Source of the DNA: Acidobacteriota bacterium
GTDB taxonomy: Bacteria > Acidobacteriota > UBA6911 > RPQK01 > JAJDTT01
Assembly: GCA_965217775.1 (NCBI GenBank)
Contig: CBDCJH010000002.1
Location: 5,856,001 to 5,920,000, forward strand
DNA length: 64,000 bases
Direction: 5' to 3'
Positions 37,733-47,210 of this stretch are shown in pieces. Position 1 is the first letter of the stretch. Every line of letters begins with the position of its first letter. The translations under genes were made by a program, and so were the position numbers. Below the pieces are notes generated by a model that saw only the letters and a list, made by a program, of their open reading frames with translations, did not search any database and was not told the origin of the DNA.

Positions 37733-38896
37733 ATGCGGATATCCACATCAATCATCATGTCGGCTCTGCTGCTGACCGTTTCTCAGGCGACGGCGGGAGA
37801 AATCATCCGTTATCCCATCGGCGGCAGTGGCATTCCCGGGGCGGTCCGTGTCGGAAGATCGGGTCTGGCTCACACTGGAATGCTCTACGGGTCCCCGGCT
37901 GGACAAGAGGCGTCTGGCTTTTTTGAGATCGCCGTACAGCTCAAAGCCATCGCCCGGCACTATGGAGCGACCCTTGGAGACGTAGCCAAATTGAATCTCT
38001 ACGTCGCGGACCCGAGTCCTGCCCTGATCCGGCGGATCGAAACTGAAATCGGGCAGGACTGGCCGCGTGAAGCCTGCCCCGCCCTCACGCTGATTCCATC
38101 GCCGATTCCGGGGGATGCCGCGGCCGTCGCTGCGGACGCCGTCATCGCCGTGCCCACGGATGACGATGCTGTGACCCGATTCTCCGGCCAGGCTGCCGTG
38201 ATGCCGGCCGGCCGCGACATCCTCTACGTTTCAGGTCGAGCAGCTTCCGGTGCCCTGGCGGAGGCCACGTCGGAGACCATGAGGCAACTCTTCGATGTGC
38301 TGGCGCACATGGGGAGCACCCAGGCCGATGTCGTGCAGGTCAAAGCGTTCATTCAGCCCATGTCCGATTGGGAGACCGTCCAACACGAAATCGACCGAGC
38401 CTTCGGTGACGCCGCGTCGCCGCCGGTGGTCTACGTCGCGTGGGCATCCCCCTCGCGAGCCACCGAGATCGAGTTGATCGCAGCGGCGCCCGGGCGGCAG
38501 GGGATGGAAGAAACCGTCAGCTACATCACTCCTCCCGGTGACAAGGCGTCCCCCGTCTACAGTCGCGTGGCGCGAGTCCACGCCGACGAAGTGATCTACA
38601 TCGGAGGCATCGTCGCTGGGGATGCGGCCACGCCGGAAGAGGAGGTCCGCTCGGTCCTCGAGGAACTGCGGAGTCTGGTCGAGGCGGCCGGGTCGAACCT
38701 CGGTCACCTGGCCAAGGCGACCTACTACGTCTCCGGCAAGCCGGTGTCGGCGATGCTGAACCAATTGCGGCCCGAGTACTATTCGCCGACACGGCCGCCT
38801 GCGGCGTCAAAGATCTCCGTGGCCACCATCGGTGTCGCGGACCGCACCCTGTTGGTGGACATGGTCGCGGTGCCTGCGGGTAGAAGGACGGAGTGA
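37733..38896 (+). CDS. Secreted multi-domain RidA/YjgF family protein
   Basis: Signal peptide; three YjgF-like repeats (LYVSG...DVVQVKAF...EIELIA; YSR...IYIGG...PPAAS). Confidence 0.75.
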   Translation: MRISTSIIMSALLLTVSQATAGEIIRYPIGGSGIPGAVRVGRSGLAHTGMLYGSPAGQEASGFFEIAVQLKAIARHYGATLGDVAKLNLYVADPSPALIRRIETEIGQDWPREACPALTLIPSPIPGDAAAVAADAVIAVPTDDDAVTRFSGQAAVMPAGRDILYVSGRAASGALAEATSETMRQLFDVLAHMGSTQADVVQVKAFIQPMSDWETVQHEIDRAFGDAASPPVVYVAWASPSRATEIELIAAAPGRQGMEETVSYITPPGDKASPVYSRVARVHADEVIYIGGIVAGDAATPEEEVRSVLEELRSLVEAAGSNLGHLAKATYYVSGKPVSAMLNQLRPEYYSPTRPPAASKISVATIGVADRTLLVDMVAVPAGRRTE

Positions 38897-38902
38897 AGCC
38901 GA

Positions 38903-39127
38903 TCAGTCGGCCGGTACTCCGGACGGAGCGAGTGAGCGGGATTCCCTCTCCCGGTTTGCCGCTTCGATGGAGGGGAAGTACTGAACGCCTTTCGGTGCTA
39001 CGGGTGGCGCCAGGCGGCACGAGAACTCCCAAAGCCGTCTGATGCGTTGGGCGAGCCGAGGATGAGTCGAGTCGGTCCAAAGAGCCCGGCGCGCATCGTC
39101 ATGGTTCTTGAACTTGGTTACAGGCAC
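38903..39127 (-). CDS. Small hypothetical protein
   Basis: GGAGG RBS then GTG: MPVTKFKNHDDARRALW...PKGVQYFPSIEAANRERE. Confidence 0.6.
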   Translation of the reverse strand: MPVTKFKNHDDARRALWTDSTHPRLAQRIRRLWEFSCRLAPPVAPKGVQYFPSIEAANRERESRSLAPSGVPAD

Positions 39128-39223
39128 TCTAGTCCTCCAACATGAACGTCCTGCGAAAAGAGTAGCATGACGAGCCTGTGGTAACGTGAGGTTCTCTCGG
39201 CTCAAACTTCCGGCAGGGTTCCG

Positions 39224-40873
39224 TTGTTGCGCAAGAAAAGGGTTCAGTTCGATCGCCGGCGATTCCTGGCCGGGACGGCCGGCGCCATGGGGCCCGCCAT
39301 CTTCGGACGACTGCCGCTCCCGCTGTTGGCGAGTCAAGGTGGTCCGCCCCCGGTTGCGGATTGGGATGCCGGCAGCGTGCGGCATGTCCTGCCCACCGTC
39401 AGCGATTCCCGGGTGCTGATCAAGGTCTCTTTCAACGGTCCGTTGCCGGCCTCGCCCAGACTGCGAATCGGATCTGCCGAGATTGCGGGCCGGATGACCG
39501 ACACGGCAGGCGTTTTCTGGCAGTTCCATGCCACTGGCCTCAAGCCGGATAGTCCGTATTCCCTGGCCCTTACGGGTAGCGACGGACGAGCCTTGTGCGA
39601 ACCGTGGACGCTCTCGACCTTTCCGGCTCCGGAGGCCCGACCCGAACGGTTCCGGCTGCTCTTTTTCACCTGTGCCGGCGGTCCGGGCGGGACCTATTCG
39701 GGGATCGGCAAAAGGAGCGGGTTCCTCCCCGCCGCCATCCGCAATCGGCTCCTCCGGCGCGCGCTGTCGTTCCGGCCGCATGCCGCCGTGGCCAACGGCG
39801 ACCACATGTATTGGGATCTCCACACCTGGTTGGGTGATGATGTCGGCGAGCTCAGTCCCGGCGGGCGGGAATCCAACTTCGATTTTTCGGCTTCGCCGTT
39901 CGGCGGCAGCAACGAAGCGGCATTGAAGGCGGCGGCCGGGCCACAGATCGTTCCGGTGTACGGCGTGGACTTCCGGTCGACGCCGGTGTTCTTCATCCAA
40001 GACGACCACGACCACTGGGAGAACGACGCCGCCAGCGACGAACTCGTCAACTTTCCCATCCCCTGGTTCCAGTTGCAGTTGGCCCGGGCGACCCAGCAAC
40101 TCTACTATCCGGAGTTTCTTCCCGATCTCCGGCGTCCGGCGGGATTACCGTGGTCGGGTGCCGGCAACCGGGGCGACCTGTCCGAGAGCTTCGGGACCAT
40201 CCGTTACGGGAGGCTCGCGGAGGTTCTGCTCTACGACGTACGCCGTACCCTGAGTCTGGCGGGACCCACCGCGGTCTTCGTCGACGGTCAGGTCGAGGAA
40301 TGGTTGGTAGAGCGTACCCGCTCGACCGAGGCGCGGCACCTGGTCCACGCTCCCTCGAATCCCTTCGGGTGGAGTGCGGGCAAGTGGGGCGAGTGGTATC
40401 CCGACGTGCTGAATTGGGAGGCGGGTGCCCTGACGACGGCTGTTCCGAAGCCGTACTGGCAATCGGGATGGCTCAAGCAACACGATCGGCTGGTGCAAGC
40501 GATTACCGCCCAGTCCAGCCGCGTCCCGCTGGTGGTCAGCGGAGACCTTCATGCCATCGGCGTGGGGCGGATGCATCGTGCCGGGAAGCTCGACCTGAAG
40601 GGCAACCCTTTGACCACCGTGCTGAGCGGGCCCATCGGCACCTCGATCCGGGGGTTTCCGTCGGTGGTCCGCGGCATCGGCGCCACGCCACCGGCACACC
40701 TGGACCTGGAGGAGACGGTCCCGCCGGTCGAGCAGCATGGGTTCACCCTGGCGGATTTTCTGGCGGACCGGATCGTCTTGCGGCAGTACAAATGGGACGT
40801 GAACAGTCAGCCGCTCGATGCCATCGACAACCTGGAGCCGTTCCAAACGACGGTGCTGGGAGTCGGTCGCTGA
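39224..40873 (+). CDS. Tat-exported PhoD-like metallophosphoesterase
   Basis: DRRRFLA; NGDHMYWD, DDHDHWEND, YDVRR, SGDLH. Confidence 0.75.
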   Translation: MLRKKRVQFDRRRFLAGTAGAMGPAIFGRLPLPLLASQGGPPPVADWDAGSVRHVLPTVSDSRVLIKVSFNGPLPASPRLRIGSAEIAGRMTDTAGVFWQFHATGLKPDSPYSLALTGSDGRALCEPWTLSTFPAPEARPERFRLLFFTCAGGPGGTYSGIGKRSGFLPAAIRNRLLRRALSFRPHAAVANGDHMYWDLHTWLGDDVGELSPGGRESNFDFSASPFGGSNEAALKAAAGPQIVPVYGVDFRSTPVFFIQDDHDHWENDAASDELVNFPIPWFQLQLARATQQLYYPEFLPDLRRPAGLPWSGAGNRGDLSESFGTIRYGRLAEVLLYDVRRTLSLAGPTAVFVDGQVEEWLVERTRSTEARHLVHAPSNPFGWSAGKWGEWYPDVLNWEAGALTTAVPKPYWQSGWLKQHDRLVQAITAQSSRVPLVVSGDLHAIGVGRMHRAGKLDLKGNPLTTVLSGPIGTSIRGFPSVVRGIGATPPAHLDLEETVPPVEQHGFTLADFLADRIVLRQYKWDVNSQPLDAIDNLEPFQTTVLGVGR

Positions 40874-41077
40874 CGCACGCCGGCGGGAAAGGCGCGTAGT
40901 ATACGCGTAGCGGGCGCAGGCGTCTTCTCTCTTTCCTGTTTCCTCTTTCCTCTCCCTCGCTACCAGTGGACCCGGAACTTGAGGATCCGGTGTCCCGCCT
41001 GAAGGAAGACCAGCCCCTCGTCTGTCCGGCTGACAGCCACCGCGTGGTGCCTCCCGCCGGCGTGGTCGAACCGCCCG

Positions 41078-41398
41078 TCACCTTTCCACCCGGTAACTGA
41101 AGATCAGGTGATCGCCCTGCACGTAGACGATGCTTTCGTCCAGCCGATTCAGGGCCAAGCCGTATCCGTGGGCGTGCAGGCCGGGCCGGGGCTTCCCGGC
41201 CGAGTCCTCTGCGCCGACGGCCCAGAGCCGGCGGCCGTCCCGGTCCAGTTTCACGAACCGATGGTTGCCGGTGTCGGCGACCAGGAGGTTCCCCTCGTAG
41301 TTCGCTGCCAGGGCCGACGGATTTCGGAATCCCGAGTCCCCATGACCACCCTCGATGGTGCACCACGTCGCCAGAAGACTGACCTTCGGTCGCCCCAT
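41078..41398 (-). pseudogene. NHL-repeat protein fragment
   Basis: GDSGFRNPSALAANYEGNLLVADTGNHRFVKLD is one NHL blade, too short for a propeller. Confidence 0.55.
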
Positions 41399-41472
41399 GC
41401 CGGATCCTCGCGAGTCCAGCGAACCTGACCTCTGGCCCGGCGCCGGGAGGCCGAATCGTAACTGCGCTTCTC

Positions 41473-42039
41473 TCAGAGAGTCTCAGCCTCTCTTTTCAGG
41501 CGTCTCCATAGCCTGTGAAGTTCGAGGCGTCCGACCCAGTGTTCCAGGTAGTCATGGTCCAATGCGTCGTATTGGACCTCGAACACGCGCAGTGCATCTC
41601 GAAACTGCTTTTCGCTGCCGCCCGATGCCTTGGACCATCTTAATTTCATCAGGATGGTGTCCTCCGGACTGGAAACGTGGATTTGATGGTCGAAGAGTCT
41701 CTCGATCCGGCGTCGAGAAAAACGTGATCGGTCGAATGGATCTTCGGTCAGCGGCCAGAAGTCGACCTTGTCTCCCGAATTGAGGTCGATCAGGTTGAAC
41801 ATTGTCTTGCGGCGGACGGCTTGTCGGATACGTTCCGCACTGACGTAGAAGCCGGGCTGGGGAAACGCCTCCGCCAATCGTTTCGCAGCGGCGGCCCTCA
41901 ACTCGACCACCAGGTCGATATCGTGGGTGGCCCGCGGCTCGCCCTGCAGGCTGGAGGCAAGCGATCCGGTCAGCATGTACTCAACATCCAGCTTTCCCAG
42001 CTCCTTCACGACCCTTCTCAGTAATTCCTGTTGTGACAC
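41473..42039 (-). CDS. Pol-beta superfamily nucleotidyltransferase-like protein
   Basis: YMLTGSLASSLQGEPRATHDIDLVV; SPEDTILMKL..KQFRD. Confidence 0.8.
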   Translation of the reverse strand: MSQQELLRRVVKELGKLDVEYMLTGSLASSLQGEPRATHDIDLVVELRAAAAKRLAEAFPQPGFYVSAERIRQAVRRKTMFNLIDLNSGDKVDFWPLTEDPFDRSRFSRRRIERLFDHQIHVSSPEDTILMKLRWSKASGGSEKQFRDALRVFEVQYDALDHDYLEHWVGRLELHRLWRRLKREAETL

Positions 42040-42233
42040 AGAGACAGTCGATCCAGATAGAGTTGCTGAAGTTCTTCTTCGGACAGGTGGGGGAACCTGC
42101 GACGTAATCCGTCACGAAAAAGTTGCCGGACATTATCCGAGAGTTCGAACGCCTTGAGCAGCCGCTGCTCGGGGGACCTGCGGCGCAGGGCGGCCAGATA
42201 GATGCGATGATCAGGTTGCGGTTTCAACGGCAC
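42018..42233 (-). CDS. Small partner protein upstream of the nucleotidyltransferase
   Basis: LRRRSPEQRLLKAFELS...GLRRRFPHLSEEEL; overlaps the NTase start; TGcTAGACT 8 nt upstream of GTG. Confidence 0.7.
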   Translation of the reverse strand: MPLKPQPDHRIYLAALRRRSPEQRLLKAFELSDNVRQLFRDGLRRRFPHLSEEELQQLYLDRLSLCHNRNY

Positions 42234-42466
42234 CAAAGCCGAGTCTAGCACACGGAAAACGGGGCCATGAGAATCACCATTGCAAGCGGAGGGCGGCTTG
42301 CCGCCGGGGCGTCGGCGAAGCGGACGAGGATTCGTCAACTGGATCGAGTGAGATTTCCTTGTACTATACGGAACGGTTTCGTTCGTCGTAATGGAACCTC
42401 TGAAGATGGAGAGGCGCCGCGATGCCCATCAGCGGCGCCTCGTGTACCGGAAACTGGAGAAACGCC

Positions 42467-43651
42467 ATGCGCATTCTGATTTGCATCCTCGCCGTCTCGT
42501 TGCTACCGCCTTCCGGCGTCGCCTCGAGCCACAACACCCTCACCCCCGAAGAGGCCGCAGCCGGATGGATCCTGCTCTGGGACGGTAAGACCGAATACGG
42601 CTGGGAGTGGCACGGGGACGCACGCTGGAAGGTGGGCGACGGGGTGCTTCGATCCGACGGCGGCGGCTACGGATGGCTGGGCACCACCAGCAGGTTCGGG
42701 GACTTCGAACTCAAGTTGGAGTTTCGCACTGCGGAGGACGGGAACAGCGGCATCTTTCTGCGCTCGGCCCGCAGGGGGCCGCCCCACGAGACCGGCTATG
42801 AACTGCAGATCTACAACCGGCAGCCGCAGGGCTACAACACCGGCAGCCTGGTCTTCTACGTCAAGGCCGAACCCGCCCGGTTCGAGGGCGGCCAGTGGAA
42901 CCAATACGAAGTTCGCGCCGTGGGAAGCCGCTTTGTGGTCAAGCTCAACGGCAGGGAAGTTCTCGATGCCAATGACTCGTCGCATGCCTTGGGTGTGATC
43001 GGGCTGCAATACAACGTGGACAAACCCATCGAGTTCCGCAACCTCAAGCTCAAGCCGCTGGGGTTGAGCCCACTCTTCAATGGACAGGACCTGAACGGTT
43101 GGCGGAAGGTCGATCGCCCCAACCGGGACGACGTGCATGAATGGTCGGTGCGGGACGGCATTCTTCACGTCGAGAAAGGCGCCGGACAACTGGAGACCGA
43201 GAAGGAGTTCAAGAATCTGGTGCTGCAACTGGCAATCCGCACCAACCCGCCCCACGCCGGCCACCATCCCAACAGCGGCGTCTTCTTCCGAGGGGAGAAG
43301 GGGGTCTTCTGGAGCGGGTACGAATCCCAGATCCGGAACGAGTTCCGCAACGGCGACCGCAGGCAGCCCCATGACTTCGGCACCGGGGGGCTCTACTTCT
43401 ACGTCCCGGCCCGCGAAGTCATTCCCGAAGATGGAGAGTTCTTCTACAAGACGGTCGTCGCCCATGGCCGGCACCTTGCGGTCTGGGTCAACGGCGTCCA
43501 GACCAGCGACTGGGAAGACCCGCGGCCACCCGGGAACAATGCCCGGCGCCAAGCCCGCCTGGTTCCCGGCGTCGTCAGCCTTCAGGCCCACGATCCCACC
43601 ACCAATCTGGACTTCAGGAACATCCGGGCGGTCGAGTTGCCGGAGCGTTGA
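42467..43651 (+). CDS. Secreted double DUF1080 (3-keto-disaccharide hydrolase) protein
   Basis: GWILLWDGK, DFELKLEF...NSGIF, LFNGQDLNGW, NSGVFF, LQAHD...FRNI. Confidence 0.9.
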   Translation: MRILICILAVSLLPPSGVASSHNTLTPEEAAAGWILLWDGKTEYGWEWHGDARWKVGDGVLRSDGGGYGWLGTTSRFGDFELKLEFRTAEDGNSGIFLRSARRGPPHETGYELQIYNRQPQGYNTGSLVFYVKAEPARFEGGQWNQYEVRAVGSRFVVKLNGREVLDANDSSHALGVIGLQYNVDKPIEFRNLKLKPLGLSPLFNGQDLNGWRKVDRPNRDDVHEWSVRDGILHVEKGAGQLETEKEFKNLVLQLAIRTNPPHAGHHPNSGVFFRGEKGVFWSGYESQIRNEFRNGDRRQPHDFGTGGLYFYVPAREVIPEDGEFFYKTVVAHGRHLAVWVNGVQTSDWEDPRPPGNNARRQARLVPGVVSLQAHDPTTNLDFRNIRAVELPER

Positions 43652-43723
43652 CCGTCCAAGTCGATGGTCGCGGCAGAGTCGGCGGGGGGCTCGCCAGGAA
43701 TCCCCTGATCGCGTGCGCCGGTC

Positions 43724-44515
43724 TCAAGCCACCGGTCCCTTTCCGGCGTTGATGCCGAGCTCTCGCCGATAGGCCTCAAGCGAGAGCAGATCCTCCGGCA
43801 TCACGTTCCCCACGTTCACCTCGGGGCCGAATCGATCCACCAGGTCGCGCCGCATCCGATGGATGTGGTGGGACTGAACACCGGGGATCCAGGGTCCCGG
43901 CAGCTCGAACATGACTCGATCGAACCCGACGGCCACGACCGTTTCGTCGACCTCGCGACCGGTCGCGTCGTCGGCGTGAACCAGTTCCGCGGCCTCCAAC
44001 AGAATGAGGCTGGCGCCGGCGTCGAGGCAGGCTCTGGCGTCGTCGGCGAATCTGGGACCGTGTGGGAGGCCCTCTTTTTTGCCGACTTCCCCCAAAACGC
44101 CCATTCCAAAGGCGGTAACCGCTTCCTCAATGACCCGGACCTTCCAATCCAGGGGGAGGTCAGCGACGTTGTTGGAGACCTCGACCCAGCGGTATCCGGC
44201 CCTTTGACAGGCCGGAAGGTAGAGATCCGCCTTCCCATGAACTTGGGCGTACTCGAGATACTGCCCTCCGGGGAAAGGCTCGATCCGGTGGGCCCGGTAG
44301 GCGTCGATCTTCTCGGCCAGGATTTCGTCCGTGAGCAGTCGTGACAGGCCGACGGCGATCTTGGCGAAGTCGATATAAGGCGCCGCGGTGGCGGTCAGGT
44401 CATTCTGCCGGCCGGATCCCAGGCCCCAATCCACCACCATGGTCAGGCCCGACGACCGGGGCTTCCGGCTGCGGGGAGTGCCGTCCAGGCCGGCGAAAAT
44501 GTGTCGTTCGTTCAT
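43724..44515 (-). CDS. comA: Phosphosulfolactate synthase (ComA family)
   Basis: KPRSSGLTMVVDWG, YIDFAK, PGG, VEVS, EVGKK, FE.P, GPEVNVGNV...LEAYR. Confidence 0.85.
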   Translation of the reverse strand: MNERHIFAGLDGTPRSRKPRSSGLTMVVDWGLGSGRQNDLTATAAPYIDFAKIAVGLSRLLTDEILAEKIDAYRAHRIEPFPGGQYLEYAQVHGKADLYLPACQRAGYRWVEVSNNVADLPLDWKVRVIEEAVTAFGMGVLGEVGKKEGLPHGPRFADDARACLDAGASLILLEAAELVHADDATGREVDETVVAVGFDRVMFELPGPWIPGVQSHHIHRMRRDLVDRFGPEVNVGNVMPEDLLSLEAYRRELGINAGKGPVA

Positions 44516-44542
44516 CTGGGATCAACGCCGAGCCGACGGGTC

Positions 44543-47044
44543 TTATCCGGTGAGTCTCCGGTTGCCGGGATCGTATCGGGGAAAGGACACGACCGTTGCG
44601 CCCTGGGGTTCCTCGAAGTAGTCGATCTCCAGACGGGTTCCCGGCTGCGAGACCTCCGTCGGCAGATAGCTGAACGCCAAGCTCTCCTGGACTGTGTGGC
44701 CGTAATCCGCACTGGTAACGTATCCCACCCGATTCCCGCCGAAGCGGACCGGCTCGGCGCCCATGAGCACCGTATCGGGGTCCTCCAGCCGGAGGCAGCA
44801 CCATTTCCGGCTCACCCCCTCAGCCGCGACCCTTTGCAGAGCGGCCCGCCCCAGAAAGTTCTCCTTGTCCATGCGTACGGCGAAACCGAGACCCGCTTCC
44901 AGCGGATTGTATTCCGTATGAACGTCGGCCCCCCAGAGCCGGTAGCCCTTCTCCAATCTCAGGCTCTCGAAGGCTCCCCCGCCGGCCGCCGCCACGCCCA
45001 AGGGACGACCCGCCGCCCAGAGCGTGTCCCAAAGATGCAAGCCGTATTCCGTCGGCGCGTAGAGCTCCCAACCCAGTTCCCCCACATAGGAGATGCGAAG
45101 AGCCAGCACCGGCACGTGGCGCACGTGGATCCGCCGGGCGGTCAGGTAGGGAAAGGTCTGGTCCGACAAGTCGTTCTCGCTGACGGATTGAACCAGCTCG
45201 CGAGCGGCGGGACCCCAGACGCCCAGGCAGCAATAGGCCGACGTCAGGTCCCGGATCTGTACCGGACTCTCCCGTTCAAGGTGAGAGCGTAGCCAAGCCA
45301 GGTCGCGCCTGCCCGTGGCGCCCCCCGTGATCACCCAGAAGCGCTCCTCCTCCAGACGGGTGACCGTGAGATCGGCCTCCATCCCTCCGCGGCGGTTCAG
45401 CATGGAGGTGTAGGTGATTCGGCCGGGAGGCCGGTCCATCTGGTTGGCGGCCAGGTGCTGGAGAAAGGAGAGCGAACCTGGACCCGCGACCTCCAGCTTG
45501 GTGAAGGGGGTCAGGTCGAAGAGGCAGACCCGCTCCCGGGCGGCACGATGCTCGGAACCGATCAAGGGGGACCAGAATCGAGCGCTCCAGCCCTGCCGTG
45601 TGTATCCGCCTTCGGGACCCGGAAGACGCTCGCTGGCGGCGAACCATTGGGGCCGTTCCCAGCCGGCGCTCTCGAACATCTCCCCTCCCAATTCCTCCAG
45701 GCGCGGGTGAAAGGGGCTCAGGCGCAACCGGCGCGGACGCTCGATCTGCTGGCGGGGATGGATGATGTCGTAGACCTCCCGGTATTGACGCCTTCCCCGA
45801 GCCAAGACGTAGGGGCGGCTGTGGACATGGGCGTGGAAGCGATTGCAGTCCAGGTCCCGCAGGTCCAACGGGGGAAGACCCTCCACCATGTACTGGGCGA
45901 TGGCCCGGCCCACGCCGCCGCCGTGAGTCAGCCAGACTCCCTCCGCCAGCCAGAAACCCTCCAGTTGAGCGGATCGTCCCAACAGAGACTGGGCGTCGGG
46001 AGTAAAGGCGAAGATCCCGTTGATTCGGAAGGGGAAGGACGCCCCCCGCAGGCACGGTAACAACTCCATGGAGTCGGCCAGGGCGTTCTCGAAGTGGTGG
46101 GATGGAAACGGACGGAGCGCGGGTTGGGGAGCACCCGACGGGTCCAGCCCCAATGACTCGACGTTCACCGGAAGAGGCTCGTGCCGGTAGGAGCCCACGC
46201 CGTAGCGGTCGAAGTCCTGCCGAGAGTACATGGAGCGATCCTGGTGGCGGAGGATCGGCTCTGTCACTTCCTCGCTTGCCCCGGCCAGAGCGGACAGTGG
46301 ACCGGTCCGGGCGTAGAGGTGCTGCATGGGCTGCATGGGAACGGGAACGCCCGCCAGCTTGCCGACGCGGGGACCCCAGATCCCCGCACAGAGGAGAACC
46401 GCCTCGGCTTCGATGCGGCCCTGGTTGCAGACCACTGCCGTCACCCGGCCATCGCGGGACTCGATGGCGGTGACTCTGGCGTTGGGGACGAAGAGCGCGC
46501 CCCGGCTTCCGGCCTCCCGGGCCAGGGCCTTCAAGATGCGGACGCCCTTTCCCAGGCCGTCGGAAGGGACGTGGTACCCGCTGTAGACTCGCCGGGTATC
46601 GATCTGGGGAATGAGGGACCCGACCTCTTCCGGGGTCAGGATCCGCGCCGGCAACCCCCAGGATCGGGCCAGGCCGGCGCGCCGCTTCAGTTCCTGGTGC
46701 CGTTCTCGGCTGCAGGCAACCTCGATACTTCCCGCAGGGTAGAAACAGGGACCTTCCGATGCGGTCCCCAACTCGCGGTAGAGCTGAACGGTCCACTGGG
46801 CCAGCCGGCAGACGGTCCGGGAAGGATTGGTTTGGAAGACCAGCCCGGGAGCGTGTGAGGTGGACCCCAGGACCTGGAACAGGGGCCCCTGGTCCAGGAC
46901 GACCACGTCGTCCCAGCCGTAGCGGGTCAGGTAGTAGGCCGCGCTGGAGCCCACCACGCCGGCGCCTATGATGACGACCCGGGCATGCCGGGGAAGCCGG
47001 ATGGGATCCATGGATGCGAGTGTCTTTGGGGGCGAAGCCTCCAT
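44543..47044 (-). CDS. GcvT-family FAD oxidoreductase (sarcosine/dimethylglycine dehydrogenase-like)
   Basis: IIGAGVVG, GSTSHAPG, FTPD, GWERP, ISYVGELGWELY, SLRLEKGY; alternative start at 47011. Confidence 0.9.
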   Translation of the reverse strand: MEASPPKTLASMDPIRLPRHARVVIIGAGVVGSSAAYYLTRYGWDDVVVLDQGPLFQVLGSTSHAPGLVFQTNPSRTVCRLAQWTVQLYRELGTASEGPCFYPAGSIEVACSRERHQELKRRAGLARSWGLPARILTPEEVGSLIPQIDTRRVYSGYHVPSDGLGKGVRILKALAREAGSRGALFVPNARVTAIESRDGRVTAVVCNQGRIEAEAVLLCAGIWGPRVGKLAGVPVPMQPMQHLYARTGPLSALAGASEEVTEPILRHQDRSMYSRQDFDRYGVGSYRHEPLPVNVESLGLDPSGAPQPALRPFPSHHFENALADSMELLPCLRGASFPFRINGIFAFTPDAQSLLGRSAQLEGFWLAEGVWLTHGGGVGRAIAQYMVEGLPPLDLRDLDCNRFHAHVHSRPYVLARGRRQYREVYDIIHPRQQIERPRRLRLSPFHPRLEELGGEMFESAGWERPQWFAASERLPGPEGGYTRQGWSARFWSPLIGSEHRAARERVCLFDLTPFTKLEVAGPGSLSFLQHLAANQMDRPPGRITYTSMLNRRGGMEADLTVTRLEEERFWVITGGATGRRDLAWLRSHLERESPVQIRDLTSAYCCLGVWGPAARELVQSVSENDLSDQTFPYLTARRIHVRHVPVLALRISYVGELGWELYAPTEYGLHLWDTLWAAGRPLGVAAAGGGAFESLRLEKGYRLWGADVHTEYNPLEAGLGFAVRMDKENFLGRAALQRVAAEGVSRKWCCLRLEDPDTVLMGAEPVRFGGNRVGYVTSADYGHTVQESLAFSYLPTEVSQPGTRLEIDYFEEPQGATVVSFPRYDPGNRRLTG

Positions 47045-47210
47045 CCGGCCCGGATTCTATCGCCGGAGGGGTTGCCGGAACAACTCCCGCAAGGGGTTCC
47101 CCGGGATCGCCAATCGTTACCGTCGGCCGGATTGAAGCTCCGGTCGAGTGCCGTAGCCACTTTTGGTCCCGGCTGCTAGAGTTGCCGTTCTTCTACGGGC
47201 ACCGAATCGC

